Part shown: in pieces, positions 53,596 through 64,000 of the stretch
How the letters are laid out: each line of letters starts with the position of its first letter
How positions within the stretch are numbered: the first letter of the stretch is position 1
NCBI GenBank assembly: GCA_963664815.2
Contig: CAXXHB010000003.1
Coordinates: forward strand, 2,528,001 to 2,592,000
Source of the DNA: Spirochaetota bacterium
GTDB taxonomy: Bacteria > Spirochaetota > UBA4802 > UBA5550
DNA length: 64,000 nt
Direction: 5' to 3'
The notes under the pieces: model-generated
What the model was told of the DNA's origin: nothing
Databases searched by the model: none
Seen by the model: the letters and a program-made list of their open reading frames with translations, nothing else
Translations under genes and position numbers: made by a program

Positions 53596-54906
53596 CTAAT
53601 TAATCATTTTTTCAGGCTGGCCTGTAGCATCAATAACCGAAAACCAGAACCTGCTGTTAGGATTGATGAATTTCTTTTTTGAAATTGCAAGATCAATCGG
53701 GACATGGGTGTAATTGTTGTTCCACTGCCCTATAACCAGATCAGTTTTGCCCGCCATGCCGGCATGAACAGCATATTGCCCCAGCTGCGCACAGAAGATC
53801 GAATCATTGGGAACGGCAGGGGCGCTTCTTATCATGTAACTTGGATCTATGTATTTAAGATTTACTTCAATTTTTCTGGATTTAAAATAATCTTCAATTT
53901 TCTCTTTCATGAAAACGCCTATATCTTTAAGCTTTAAATTTCCGGAGGCATCTTTTTCCTGGCTGGCAGAATCTTTTAAAATGAGGTCCTGTCCCGCCCC
54001 TTCGGCAACACATATTACAGCATGCTGTCTCTCCCTGAGCCTGTTCTCAAGATGCTTCAGAAGGCCGTTTTCCCCGTCCAGTTCAAATGGAATTTCAGGC
54101 ACAAAAACATAGTTTACGTCATTCATCGCCATAGTCGCATTTGCGGCAATAAAACCTGAATTCCTCCCCATTAATTTCACAAGGCCGATCCCGTTTGGAG
54201 CGCCCTTCGCCTCCACATGGGCTGACACAACAGCTTCAACGGCCTTTGAAAAGGCTGTTTCGAATCCAAATGAACGCTGAATGTAGCTGATATCATTATC
54301 TATAGTTTTGGGGATACCGACAACTGCAAGATCAAGCTTCCTTCTTTCGGCAATCTGCGCTATAGAATGCGCCCCCTTCAGGGTGCCATCGCCACCAATA
54401 GTATACAGTATATTGATCCTCAGCTTTTCCAGCGTATCCACAAGCTTCTCTATATCATCCGTACCTCCACGGGATGAACCGAGTATTGATCCGCCATCCA
54501 TATGGATTGACTGTACCAGATCAGGGGTAAGTATTATCGGTGCAAATTTTGAATCGGGGTGTAATCCGCTGTACCCGTATCTTATCCCCATTATATACTT
54601 TGCCCCGTACCTGTACCATGATTCCATAACAATGGATCTTATTACGTCGTTTAATCCGGGGCAAAGACCGCCGCATGTAACTACAGCAGATCTTACCTCG
54701 GAAGGCTGGAAATATAAATACTCTCTCGGGCCTGCCAGTTCAAATGTCCTCTCCACGTCTACAGTTGACGGACTGTCTGTTTCCAGCATTACATTATAAA
54801 GCATCCTTTTTGCATCCCGCACAAAATTCATATCGTTAAGCTTGAATTTCTCAAGCAGCGGGGATTTTACTTTAGCCTCTCCAAGTTTTTTAATTTTAAA
54901 AGGCAT
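53596..54906 (-). CDS. pfkA: 6-phosphofructokinase (ATP-dependent)
   Basis: TCGGLCPGLNDVIR, IGGDGT, IPKTIDND, LMGRNSGF. Confidence 0.93.
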   Translation of the reverse strand: MPFKIKKLGEAKVKSPLLEKFKLNDMNFVRDAKRMLYNVMLETDSPSTVDVERTFELAGPREYLYFQPSEVRSAVVTCGGLCPGLNDVIRSIVMESWYRYGAKYIMGIRYGYSGLHPDSKFAPIILTPDLVQSIHMDGGSILGSSRGGTDDIEKLVDTLEKLRINILYTIGGDGTLKGAHSIAQIAERRKLDLAVVGIPKTIDNDISYIQRSFGFETAFSKAVEAVVSAHVEAKGAPNGIGLVKLMGRNSGFIAANATMAMNDVNYVFVPEIPFELDGENGLLKHLENRLRERQHAVICVAEGAGQDLILKDSASQEKDASGNLKLKDIGVFMKEKIEDYFKSRKIEVNLKYIDPSYMIRSAPAVPNDSIFCAQLGQYAVHAGMAGKTDLVIGQWNNNYTHVPIDLAISKKKFINPNSRFWFSVIDATGQPEKMIN

Positions 54907-54924
54907 TGTTCTGCTCCTGAATGA

Positions 54925-55281
54925 TTATTTTATTAAAGTCTTAATATCAAAGTCCCATGAATCAGCCGCATATACTATAATGTCGATTTCATCACATTTA
55001 ATACATGCATCCGACCTTGAAAGCTGTATCGCATATTCAAGTATTTTCTTTTTATTGCCGCTTTTTTTCAGTTCATCTATTTTCGTCTGAAGTAATTCAA
55101 CTGAAGTAATCATCAAATCAGCTTTGTCAAATGCCTCACGATAATCATCAAATCCCATCTCCTCAGCAATCTGATCCATCGTATGAAGTTCAGATTCGGT
55201 AACGATACCATCCGAGTTGATTATATATTTACATATTCCGATTAAAACAATTTTTTCATCTTCAGATAATTTTTTTGGCAT
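54925..55281 (-). CDS. TerB-like protein
   Basis: SDG.V...E and SD....DE motifs. Confidence 0.6.
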   Translation of the reverse strand: MPKKLSEDEKIVLIGICKYIINSDGIVTESELHTMDQIAEEMGFDDYREAFDKADLMITSVELLQTKIDELKKSGNKKKILEYAIQLSRSDACIKCDEIDIIVYAADSWDFDIKTLIK

Positions 55282-55643
55282 ATATTTCTCCTTATTTTTA
55301 TAATAAATTAACCTGAAAGAGGGAAATATTCAACAAAAAGAGATTCAGCAGCTGCATTTGTTTCATATATTTAATTTCCCGGGAATTGTCTAATTTAATT
55401 TGTAATATTCAAAGAAGATTTTGCAGAGAGTTTATGAGTCTAAAATACAGCCGTTACAGATCTATACAGTATAACTCAAATATGAATTATATTATATAGA
55501 TTTCAATGTTAATTCCCTAAAGTATATTTTAGCATAAAAAGCCGTTTATATCTCACGGCCCCCTTCGGCGGCCGGGAGAATAGAGTTTTTATATTAAAAT
55601 AAATTCAGGAATTATCCTGCCGGTAATCATACTTTTATTGAAT

Positions 55644-55889
55644 CTATCCAAGCGCAGCTGAAAAATATTTTACCGGTTCCACGCCATACATTTTTTCAAA
55701 ATCCTTTTTGTTGGGACAAACTTTACATGATGCCCACATCGCGCCTTTTGCAGCCATTATAAGTTTATCATCCAGATTAAGAAAATGAGCGTAACCCTTC
55801 TCATCAACTTTGTAGTTTTGTACAAAGTTAAACCTGCAGGAATCACATTTAACAGAGTTTTCTTTTGATCTATAACTTACAAACGCCAT
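55644..55889 (-). CDS. small cysteine-containing hypothetical protein
   Basis: ggagg RBS before MAFVSY; two CxxC motifs. Confidence 0.6.
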   Translation of the reverse strand: MAFVSYRSKENSVKCDSCRFNFVQNYKVDEKGYAHFLNLDDKLIMAAKGAMWASCKVCPNKKDFEKMYGVEPVKYFSAALG

Positions 55890-55965
55890 GTTGAACCTCC
55901 ATTTATTTTCTATTTTATACACTTAAAAGTGTTTGTAAACAATATAAGCTATTTGTACAGAAATG

Positions 55966-56424
55966 TCAAAGGTGTTTGTACAAAAAAAAATTGACCAATC
56001 TTGCAATGAAGTAGGAACCGGAGAGTAAAAAGAACGGAATTGTTCCGAAAAAAATTGCTATATCTACCCTGTTTACTACAGTAGAATGCAGTACCTTTTT
56101 ACCAAAAAAATTTACATGATAATTCTCCGGATCCTTTGACCTCTGGTATATTTTTACAAAAATCTTTATTTTTACTCCAAGAGTGATAAACATCAGAAAG
56201 CCGGACATAATCCAGACTAACTTCCTGACATCAACTTCAAATAACATATCCGGTTTTGATATAAATAAAACAATACATGCACCCGCGATAGTTATGTTAC
56301 TGATGGTTGTACTGATAAATGCCTGTAAAGATCTTTCAGACTTTCTGGTTACATAAGTGACCAGAGAAAAAATATGCCCCAGAAACGATAAAAATAACGC
56401 TATTAATAATACAGTTATTATCAT
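55966..56424 (-). CDS. hypothetical membrane protein
   Basis: about 4 TM segments. Confidence 0.7.
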   Translation of the reverse strand: MIITVLLIALFLSFLGHIFSLVTYVTRKSERSLQAFISTTISNITIAGACIVLFISKPDMLFEVDVRKLVWIMSGFLMFITLGVKIKIFVKIYQRSKDPENYHVNFFGKKVLHSTVVNRVDIAIFFGTIPFFLLSGSYFIARLVNFFLYKHL

Positions 56425-56601
56425 TCAATTATAATTTAGCTTCCTTTTTAATATATGTTTAACATATGACATTATATATAAGAAATGTTCAGATTTATTT
56501 AACAATAAGTATAAATTTAACATATATTTATAAGTTAGTCAAGAAAAATAATTACAGAAGCTTACGGAGGGTTTGTTTTTGTGAATATATTTTAATCTGT
56601 A

Positions 56602-57645
56602 TTAAGATTTATCGCTTTCAATAATATTCATTCTCGCACTTAATGATGCATATGCCTTTTTTGCTTCAAGTTTTACATTTGTATTGGCGTCGTTCATTGC
56701 ACTTTTAATTGAATTAAGTGCAACAAGAGAATTAAACCTGGATAGGGATCTGATCGCCTCAATTCTTACATCATAATACTTATCAGATAAAAGCTCAACC
56801 AGCGTAGTCATTGAGGAGCTATCCCTCAGGGAGCCTACGGACTTTATCGCTTCAATCCTGATATTTTTGTATTCATCAAAGCATGCCTTATGAAGCAGCT
56901 GCAGGCCAAACTCTTTTTTCTGTTTGCCTATATTTATTACAGTAGTCAGTCTCTTTGAAACGCTTTCATTCATATTCTTGACCATCAGCATAAATGGAGC
57001 ATCTTTCAAAGCGCTTAATGCCCTGTCCGAGCCAATGCTTTTTAATGATTCCTCAGCAACCTTTCTTACTTCAGAACTCGAATCAGTTAAAGAGCCTATA
57101 AGACTGTCCACCCCGATCGGGTTTTTGACGCGTCCAAGCGCATAAACTGTTTCAAGCCTGAATTTTGCGACTGGGTGATTCGCAAACTCCAGGAGATAAA
57201 ACGCCATTGTCTCCATTTCCATTTCACCGATAGATTTAATAGCTTCAACCTGTACAGCAGGTTTTTTATCCTTTAAAGCCAGCGCAAAAATCTGCGTTAT
57301 TTTTTCATTATCCTTGCTGTAGTAATGCGGTAGTATACGCAGAACTTCAATCTGTTCATTGATTGTTCCATGCGAAATTATTTCATTCAGATTATCAATT
57401 ACACCCGTATCACCCATCCTGGCGAAAATCAGAGCAGCTCTCTGTCTGACCTTTATATTCTTATCATCAAGCGCAACGCGCATCTTTTCTGTTATATCTT
57501 TATTGCCATGTGCAATTTCAAATAAAGCTGTTAAAGCCTCCTCCCGTGTCTGTGATCTTCTATGTTTTAAAAGCTGAACCAGTTTTTCCGTCTGACCTGC
57601 ATTTTTAATCTTCTCAATATTCGGTTTAATAAACATATGCACCAT
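56602..57645 (-). CDS. HEAT-repeat protein
   Basis: repeated D....VR..A...LG motifs. Confidence 0.88.
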   Translation of the reverse strand: MVHMFIKPNIEKIKNAGQTEKLVQLLKHRRSQTREEALTALFEIAHGNKDITEKMRVALDDKNIKVRQRAALIFARMGDTGVIDNLNEIISHGTINEQIEVLRILPHYYSKDNEKITQIFALALKDKKPAVQVEAIKSIGEMEMETMAFYLLEFANHPVAKFRLETVYALGRVKNPIGVDSLIGSLTDSSSEVRKVAEESLKSIGSDRALSALKDAPFMLMVKNMNESVSKRLTTVINIGKQKKEFGLQLLHKACFDEYKNIRIEAIKSVGSLRDSSSMTTLVELLSDKYYDVRIEAIRSLSRFNSLVALNSIKSAMNDANTNVKLEAKKAYASLSARMNIIESDKS

Positions 57646-58091
57646 CTTTAATATTAGATTTTTTTGAAAAACATAACAAAACTATCTATACACTTAATTA
57701 ATAAAAATTCAAATATTTTTACGTTTAATATAAATAATATTCAATGTTAATTTCTTAAAGTATATTATTGTTAATTACATCCTCTTTTGAATCGTAAAGT
57801 ATTTGTTCAACACTCTTTAAGTGTTTATACGGGTGATATCAGTTTTTTATAAAAAAAAGTTGAAATATAGATTGATTAATTAAATTGTCAAAAACAGATT
57901 AAAAAACAACTTTTTAAATATTATATATCAGGAATGCATTTAAATTCCTTAATATAGTTTTGAAGTATAATAAACAACTGTTTGTTCCTGTTGCCAATGG
58001 CGGCTGTGAAAACAGAATGTTTCATATTACGTATATTATATAAAGAAGATAGCAATTATTAGTGAAAAATTAAAGATAAAAAAGGTTTTTT

Positions 58092-58298
58092 ATGAATCAA
58101 TTTGGAATCAAAGAAGTGAAACTCTATAATGCCGATACGCTGGAATATGCCGGATCAATGGTCGTTGAAGGCAATTCATGGAACTACAACGATGTCAAGG
58201 ATGATTTTCTTGTCCAGGTGACAACAGGTATGCCCCTGAAGGCCGTTTTTCCATGCCTGATATCTTTTAATCTTGTATACGATATAATTGAAGTCTGA
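58092..58298 (+). CDS. small hypothetical protein
   Basis: 68 aa, co-oriented with the following genes. Confidence 0.55.
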   Translation: MNQFGIKEVKLYNADTLEYAGSMVVEGNSWNYNDVKDDFLVQVTTGMPLKAVFPCLISFNLVYDIIEV

Positions 58299-58309
58299 CA
58301 GAATTAACC

Positions 58310-59185
58310 ATGGGCGATTCAGATAAATTCGATTTTGATTCTCTGCTGGATGAAGACATCCCTGATTCAATCGATGATTTTTTTCCGCTCGATTCCGGGG
58401 CGGAGATAACAGGTGACAAAGAGAGTACAGAAAATTTCGAAAATGATATTGCTGGGATTGAAGAAGTTCCGAAAACAGACTCCTCAACACAAAAGAGATC
58501 CTCTGCTGATTTTTCTCCCGATATGGATGCCCTCCTCCTTACCGCGCAATCCTCAATGATCGTTGAAGCGATGAAACTCATCTCACTCCATGATTTCAAG
58601 TCCAAAAACATGTCAGTTTATTCAGAGGCGATCAAAGGGATTGATCTTTACATGAAAATACTCGAAAGGAACCCTGAAAATTTTAAAAAACTGACTTCAA
58701 TATTATCCACCGATCAGGATTGCATGGATGTCCAGAAAATTACATTTAATCTTTATAAAAATGTAACCGGAGAACTGCCTGAATCCGATACACAAAAGTT
58801 AAAAGCATTTGAACTGATTAATGATAGATTGAAAAATGCATACAACAAATCCTTAATATCGTCATCAATTATCAGCATAAAAAAATATTTCCTTCTGAGC
58901 GGCACTCTTGACCCGAGAAAAGTTGATGAAGAGTATAAAAACGATCCGGTTAAACTTAAAAACCAGTTAAATGTCTATATCCGCAACATTAATATAGGGC
59001 GTATGATGATAAAGTCCGGTAACTATGAAATTGTAAAAGGGATGAAGGGCAAAGAGCTGAATGTCTTTATTGTAAAGGCTGCCCAGTTGCTTGTCTACTA
59101 TTTCGGTTTAACGGGGGAAACCGTGCAGCAGTCATACTACATAAAGCTTTATGAAAACTTTAAAAAATATTTTATCGTCAGATGA
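58310..59185 (+). CDS. hypothetical protein with acidic N-terminus
   Basis: 291-aa ORF whose stop overlaps the next start. Confidence 0.7.
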   Translation: MGDSDKFDFDSLLDEDIPDSIDDFFPLDSGAEITGDKESTENFENDIAGIEEVPKTDSSTQKRSSADFSPDMDALLLTAQSSMIVEAMKLISLHDFKSKNMSVYSEAIKGIDLYMKILERNPENFKKLTSILSTDQDCMDVQKITFNLYKNVTGELPESDTQKLKAFELINDRLKNAYNKSLISSSIISIKKYFLLSGTLDPRKVDEEYKNDPVKLKNQLNVYIRNINIGRMMIKSGNYEIVKGMKGKELNVFIVKAAQLLVYYFGLTGETVQQSYYIKLYENFKKYFIVR

Positions 59186-59940
59186 AAAATAACAGCAATG
59201 ACTTTAAATGGTATTTCCTTGTAACGGTTATACTTATTTTTATCTCCCTGATCTCGTATTCCTTACAGATTTATCTGTTCCACCATAAAACTGACACGTT
59301 TTTCTATTTCCTCCAGGATCTTTCTTTTGTCCCGATTCAGGTTTTAATAGTCACATTTGTCATAGATCGCCTTCTTAAACGACAACAGAGAATAGACCTG
59401 CTCAAAAGGGTTTATGTATCAATAGGAATTTTTTATAATGAGCTGGGTAATGAATTGCTGAGAATTTTTTTTGATGTAACATCCGACAAAGAGGAACTGA
59501 CAAAAAGGCTTGGAATAACCGCATTATGGGATACCAGAGAATTTACAATGGCTGACAAATGGATTAACAGCAATCCTGTAGCAGTTGATGTTCCATGCGA
59601 CAGAGTACAGCAATTAAAAAATCTCCTCGATGATAAAAGAATATTCATACTTAACCTTCTTGAAAACACAAATCTTGCAGAACATGATACATTTACTGAC
59701 ACACTTCTGGCAGTCTGTCACCTGTCTGATGAACTGGCACTCAGAGAGAATATAATAAATATCCCGCCGTCAGACCTGGCGCACCTGGGTATTGACATTA
59801 AAAGAGCTTATAACGGTATCATCAGGGAATGGATTTTATATCTGGATCACATCAGAAAAGAGTATCCCTTTTTATACTCTCTGGCACTGAGATCAAACCC
59901 CTTTAACGGTAAATCTTCTGTTGTTATTGAAGAAAACTGA
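59182..59940 (+). CDS. conserved-looking membrane hypothetical protein
   Basis: two TM segments, DL.F.PIQVL.VT..I, YPFLYSLA.R.NPF. Confidence 0.75.
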   Translation: MKNNSNDFKWYFLVTVILIFISLISYSLQIYLFHHKTDTFFYFLQDLSFVPIQVLIVTFVIDRLLKRQQRIDLLKRVYVSIGIFYNELGNELLRIFFDVTSDKEELTKRLGITALWDTREFTMADKWINSNPVAVDVPCDRVQQLKNLLDDKRIFILNLLENTNLAEHDTFTDTLLAVCHLSDELALRENIINIPPSDLAHLGIDIKRAYNGIIREWILYLDHIRKEYPFLYSLALRSNPFNGKSSVVIEEN

Positions 59941-60057
59941 TCAGACATTCGACATTCCTTAAAATCTTTTTAAGTTGAAATAAATAATGATAATACTTAT
60001 TCTTAAAATGAACGAGTATAATACAAGATACAAAATATTCCGTAAACGGTTATCGAT

Positions 60058-61299
60058 ATGAAAATCATAAAAACATTCCGGCTTGTCTTCAGAAATAAAA
60101 TAATACGGTATTATTATTACAGGATTTCCTCAAGCATGCTTGTAAAACTCCTTGTAATTGGAATTGTTATACTCCTTTCATTTTCCACTTTTACCTACTA
60201 CGTTGAGAAAAAACATATTATTTATAAAGAAGTTGACGGCGTAAAGGTTGAAGACAGCAGCGGTTCAAGCAATATACGCAGTTTAAATGATTCTATCTGG
60301 TGGGCATTTGTTACATCAACAACTGTTGGTTATGGAGATTTCTACCCTGTCACTATTGCCGGACGTGTTTCAGGTGTACTCCTTATGTTTTTCGGAGTGT
60401 CGCTTGTCGGTGTTGTCACAGGTAATATAGCATCAATACTAGTCGAAAGACAATTTAAGGAGGAGAAAGGCTTGAAACCGGTAAAAATGAAAAATCATTT
60501 CATCATCTGCGGATGGAAAAGAGATATGGGGAAAATACTGAAAGATATCATCAGTAAAAACCAGGAGTTTATTCCGCAGGAGATTGTAATAATAAATACG
60601 GCTACTCCGGAAGAAATTGAACTGCTCCGGTCCGAGCCGGACCTTTCAGGAATAAGTTACATTCATGGAGATTATGTTGATGAGAGCGTACTGAATAAAG
60701 CAAATCTCAAATATGCAAAAAAAATTCTGGTTCTTGCTGACAGGCTTGTAACAGGTTCCGTACAGGAGGTTGATTCCAGAACAGTAATGACCATAATAAC
60801 TGTCAAATCCATGTCAAAAACTATATATGCAACCGCGGAATTGCTGGATAACAAGTTTGAAAGATACCTGGTTACAGCAAAGTGTGACGAGGTTATTTCA
60901 ACAACAGAATACAGCAGATCCCTGATAGCAAATGCCTCAACCGGAAGCGGTATTTCGCATGTAGTAAATGAACTGCTTAATGTGAATACACCTGTCGGGT
61001 TTAATACTGTTGTCCCTCCGAAAGATTTAATCGGAAAAAAATATTCAGAACTCGCTTCATTTTATAACAGGCAGAGTAATACTATACTCATAGGGATCCT
61101 TGAGAATACCGGTAATTTCCATTCAAGGAAAATGGAAGCTATTGAACAGGCCCAGAAAACTCCGGATATATCCGCGCTCGTTGACAGCCTTAAGTCCGTC
61201 AAGACAATGACCGCGAACAGACCGGTAATCAATCCATCACCGGATTATATTATCGGCAAACATAGTAAAGCTATAATTATTGAAGGGAGAGGCTGCTGA
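60058..61299 (+). CDS. potassium channel with RCK/TrkA-N domain
   Basis: TTVGYGD selectivity filter, HFIICGW. Confidence 0.93.
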   Translation: MKIIKTFRLVFRNKIIRYYYYRISSSMLVKLLVIGIVILLSFSTFTYYVEKKHIIYKEVDGVKVEDSSGSSNIRSLNDSIWWAFVTSTTVGYGDFYPVTIAGRVSGVLLMFFGVSLVGVVTGNIASILVERQFKEEKGLKPVKMKNHFIICGWKRDMGKILKDIISKNQEFIPQEIVIINTATPEEIELLRSEPDLSGISYIHGDYVDESVLNKANLKYAKKILVLADRLVTGSVQEVDSRTVMTIITVKSMSKTIYATAELLDNKFERYLVTAKCDEVISTTEYSRSLIANASTGSGISHVVNELLNVNTPVGFNTVVPPKDLIGKKYSELASFYNRQSNTILIGILENTGNFHSRKMEAIEQAQKTPDISALVDSLKSVKTMTANRPVINPSPDYIIGKHSKAIIIEGRGC

Positions 61300-61301
61300 T
61301 T

Positions 61302-61811
61302 ATGGGAGTTAAAGATTTTGCAGAGATTGAAAAAAAACTGGTTGAAATACCCTTTTTTAAAAAATATATCGAAAATGAAAAAATTATAAAAACCATAATA
61401 ACACTGTGCGAATTAAGAAGTTTTAAAAAGGGTTCAACAATAATCAATGAGGGGGAACAGGGGGACGAACTGTTTATAGTACTCGATGGTGAAATAGACA
61501 TTATAAAAAAGACAATGCAGAATGAAAAATATGTTGTCACCACCCTTAACGCAAATCTAGGGGGTGTATATGTCGGAGAGCTCGCTCTTATTGATAACGA
61601 TAAAAGATCTGCGACGGTTGAAGCAAAAACGGACTGTGAATGCCTTGTATTGAACAGGGATAACTTTATAAAATTCGGCGATAAATATCCGGAGATAGGG
61701 CTTAATATCACAAGATCAATTGCCATGCAGCTCAGCCAGAAACTCAGAAAAACCGGTTCCGATGTAATAACGCTCTTTTCAGCACTTGTCGAAGAAATTT
61801 CAGGTGACTGA
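61302..61811 (+). CDS. cyclic nucleotide-binding domain protein
   Basis: EGEQGDELFIV..G, GELALID..RSATV.A. Confidence 0.92.
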   Translation: MGVKDFAEIEKKLVEIPFFKKYIENEKIIKTIITLCELRSFKKGSTIINEGEQGDELFIVLDGEIDIIKKTMQNEKYVVTTLNANLGGVYVGELALIDNDKRSATVEAKTDCECLVLNRDNFIKFGDKYPEIGLNITRSIAMQLSQKLRKTGSDVITLFSALVEEISGD

Positions 61812-61816
61812 ATTAT

Positions 61817-62509
61817 ATGAAAAAGAGAGAACGCATAATGATAATCACTGACTCCCTTTCAATGCCGAGACGGGAAGTCGGATATGAAGAGACATGGATC
61901 TTTCATTTTAAAAACAGATTCAGGGAATTCGATATAATAGACAGACCGGCACGCGGAGCAACTTCAATGAGGCTTGTACAGGAAGGGGGTGGCGGACTTG
62001 ACCTGCTCGAGTTATATTCTCCGGACAGAGTCATACTTGAGCTGGGAATGGCCGAATGCGCGCCAAGGCTTTTTAAAAAAAACGGATTTGAACATAAGTT
62101 TATTAATAAATATCTCCCTGAAAAAATAAGAAATGACTACATTAAAGCGATAAGAGAGAGAAGAGGAAGAAAACCGGAATTTACCGACGTTTCACCGGAA
62201 CAGTTCAGGAGCAACATTTACAACTTTGCAGAAAGATGCAAAGCTCTGAATGTAAAACTTGTAATAATGAAAATAATGAGAGCTCCTGATATTTTTCTTA
62301 TGAAAAGCCCGTATGTACAGCAGAATATTGATCTGTACAACAGCATATACGATGAGGCTGCTGCCGCTTTCGAAAATATCACACTGCTCAGCCCCATAAG
62401 CGGGAATCTTGACATCAACACTTTATGCGTAGACGAAGTACATGTAACAGCGGAAGGGCAGAAACTTTATTTTAAAGCAGTTGAGGACTATTTTAAGAAG
62501 AACAAATAA
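61817..62509 (+). CDS. SGNH/GDSL hydrolase
   Basis: TDSL, D..H...G. Confidence 0.82.
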   Translation: MKKRERIMIITDSLSMPRREVGYEETWIFHFKNRFREFDIIDRPARGATSMRLVQEGGGGLDLLELYSPDRVILELGMAECAPRLFKKNGFEHKFINKYLPEKIRNDYIKAIRERRGRKPEFTDVSPEQFRSNIYNFAERCKALNVKLVIMKIMRAPDIFLMKSPYVQQNIDLYNSIYDEAAAAFENITLLSPISGNLDINTLCVDEVHVTAEGQKLYFKAVEDYFKKNK

Positions 62510-62615
62510 CGGGTATATGTTCTATTCTCACCGCCGCCAAAGGCTACGGTGAGAATTAATCGTTTATTCTGCTTAATTTTTTATGGTTAACATATTTTCA
62601 CATATTGAAAATATA

Positions 62616-63605
62616 CTACTTAACTTTAACAGAATTGCTCATAAGACTTTCATCAAATTTAATCTTCAGTTTTTCTGCAATTGATGTATTAATGAAAAGT
62701 TTGCTCCTTTTACTCTTTTCAATCGGAATACTCTTCGGGGAAACTCCTGACATAATTTTTTCAGATGTTTTAACTGCCCATTCGCCATGTTCTTCCGCAA
62801 CTTTAATAAGACCTATCAGAGAGTATTTCATTACCCATTCATTGGTTGTTCCGGTAGGAATTCTGGTATTCTCCAGCATCCACTTCTTCATGGCGCCTTC
62901 ATCCCAGTCTTTTATTTCAACCGTATTGGAGATAATAAGCATATCTACTTTATTCTGTATCTTTAAGAACTCCTTCTTCCATTCATCTGCTGTTTTCACA
63001 TATACTTCTTCACGTAATTTAATTTTCAGCTGCTTTTTATAATTTTCCGCGCTCTTACGGTCGGACTCAAGATCTGATGAAATAAACCCCAGCCTGTCAC
63101 CTTTCGCGTGATCTCTCATGTATCCGATAATTCCATTAATATATTCAATTTCAAGAATTCCGGTAACATTGCTGCAGGGGAAGCCGTACACTGAAGCATC
63201 CCAGTTAACACCGCAAAAGACAAAGGGGAGAGCCGCATTTTTATAATATGGGACTATCAGGTATTTTGCAGCGATATCATCCGATGCTATAACAACATCC
63301 GGTCTATATTCCTCAATAGTTTTTTTCGCTTTTAGTGCTGCATCCTTAATATACTCTTCGGAGGGGTTTCTTTTGGCATCCATTTCAAATACTTTTAATT
63401 TTATATCCGCAGAATCAGCTTCAGCCTTTGCTCCTTTTAAAATACCATCAGACCAGTCATATCCTTTATGATAGGAATTGACGAAAAGAATTTTTTTCCC
63501 TGCGTATGGTTTATTTCCTGCAGACTTATTGCCTACGGTCTGACAATTAAATAAAACTGATATAAAGAGAAGAGCAATCATAAGTGTAATTATTTTATTT
63601 CTCAT
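62616..63605 (-). CDS. ABC-type substrate-binding lipoprotein
   Basis: lipobox LFNC, NSYH.GY.WS, PFVFCGVN, NVTGI.E. Confidence 0.85.
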   Translation of the reverse strand: MRNKIITLMIALLFISVLFNCQTVGNKSAGNKPYAGKKILFVNSYHKGYDWSDGILKGAKAEADSADIKLKVFEMDAKRNPSEEYIKDAALKAKKTIEEYRPDVVIASDDIAAKYLIVPYYKNAALPFVFCGVNWDASVYGFPCSNVTGILEIEYINGIIGYMRDHAKGDRLGFISSDLESDRKSAENYKKQLKIKLREEVYVKTADEWKKEFLKIQNKVDMLIISNTVEIKDWDEGAMKKWMLENTRIPTGTTNEWVMKYSLIGLIKVAEEHGEWAVKTSEKIMSGVSPKSIPIEKSKRSKLFINTSIAEKLKIKFDESLMSNSVKVK

Positions 63606-63698
63606 ATTCCCCCTTTTTTAATTATATATAGATTCAATAAAACTATGTTATAATTATATGTTATACGAGATATACAGTCAATAATAATAACTGCTGAT

Positions 63699-64000
63699 TT
63701 ATTTCCCTGATGGGATTTCTCCCTGATATTGATATAAATATGTTTTAATTTTACCGTTGTAAAGCTTTCTGTTTTTATCTGCCTTTCTCCCGAAAGACTT
63801 TTCAAAGCCTTCATTTGAAGTCATAATAAAAAAAGACCACGAATCAAGCCGGGAAAAAACTTTACCCATCTCCCTGTACAGCTCCAGCACATCTTTTTCA
63901 TTCTGTAACCTCTCTCCATAAGGTGGATTACATACTATACATCCATATTTTTTACTGTTGCTGAATTCACTTAAAGGCTTTTTCTGAAAGACTATACTGT
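63699..64000 (-). CDS. C-terminus of an RlmL-like (THUMP) rRNA methyltransferase, partial
   Basis: CNPPYGERL, RKLYNG.I...YQY. Confidence 0.85.
   Translation of the reverse strand, partial: SIVFQKKPLSEFSNSKKYGCIVCNPPYGERLQNEKDVLELYREMGKVFSRLDSWSFFIMTSNEGFEKSFGRKADKNRKLYNGKIKTYLYQYQGEIPSGK

Noticed and set aside
52085-63042. Antisense ORFs overlapping housekeeping genes (52085, 52662, 54308, 61277, 62605 and others)
   Set aside because: They are shadow frames of well-supported genes and have no motifs or RBS.
1-64000. Complete DGR (RT, avd, template repeat)
   Set aside because: No AAC-rich template or RT gene was found by eye; only target-like genes are present.
1-64000. rRNA or tRNA genes
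   Set aside because: No recognisable cloverleaf or rRNA conserved blocks were seen.

Overview
AT-rich bacterial window, probably from a spirochaete (inferred from the Leptospira-like attC shape and lipoproteins). About 4.3-41.6 kb is a minus-strand integron-type cassette array with no intI gene in the window. It has one intact attC (39621-39723), a candidate attI (about 41579), cassettes bounded by long terminal inverted repeats, two HigBA-like toxin-antitoxin pairs and several defence-like genes. Almost every other attC is replaced by a recurring composite of three parts. (i) A ~120-bp attC-like hairpin (repeat A), inverted relative to the array and fused exactly at the GTT/AAC of a cassette R'' box: 9 copies plus 1 collapsed. 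(ii) A ~210-bp sequence (repeat B) that looks like the 3' end of an IS91-like Y2-transposase element. (iii) The 3' end of a group II intron with an AGC-triad domain V, in 7 copies; in the four cassettes whose two ends can be compared, it joins exactly 11 nt after the G of the cassette's GTT. Two near-identical DUF1566/CLec genes with hypervariable, DGR-like C-termini sit inside these composites in reverse orientation, but no RT or template repeat is present. Inserted ISs: IS701 (three copies), IS110, IS3 (two), IS66 and IS1182. From 46 to 64 kb the window is ordinary housekeeping DNA (upp, trpR-like, photolyase, pfkA, K+ channel, rlmL-like). All calls were made by eye; no database searches were run.
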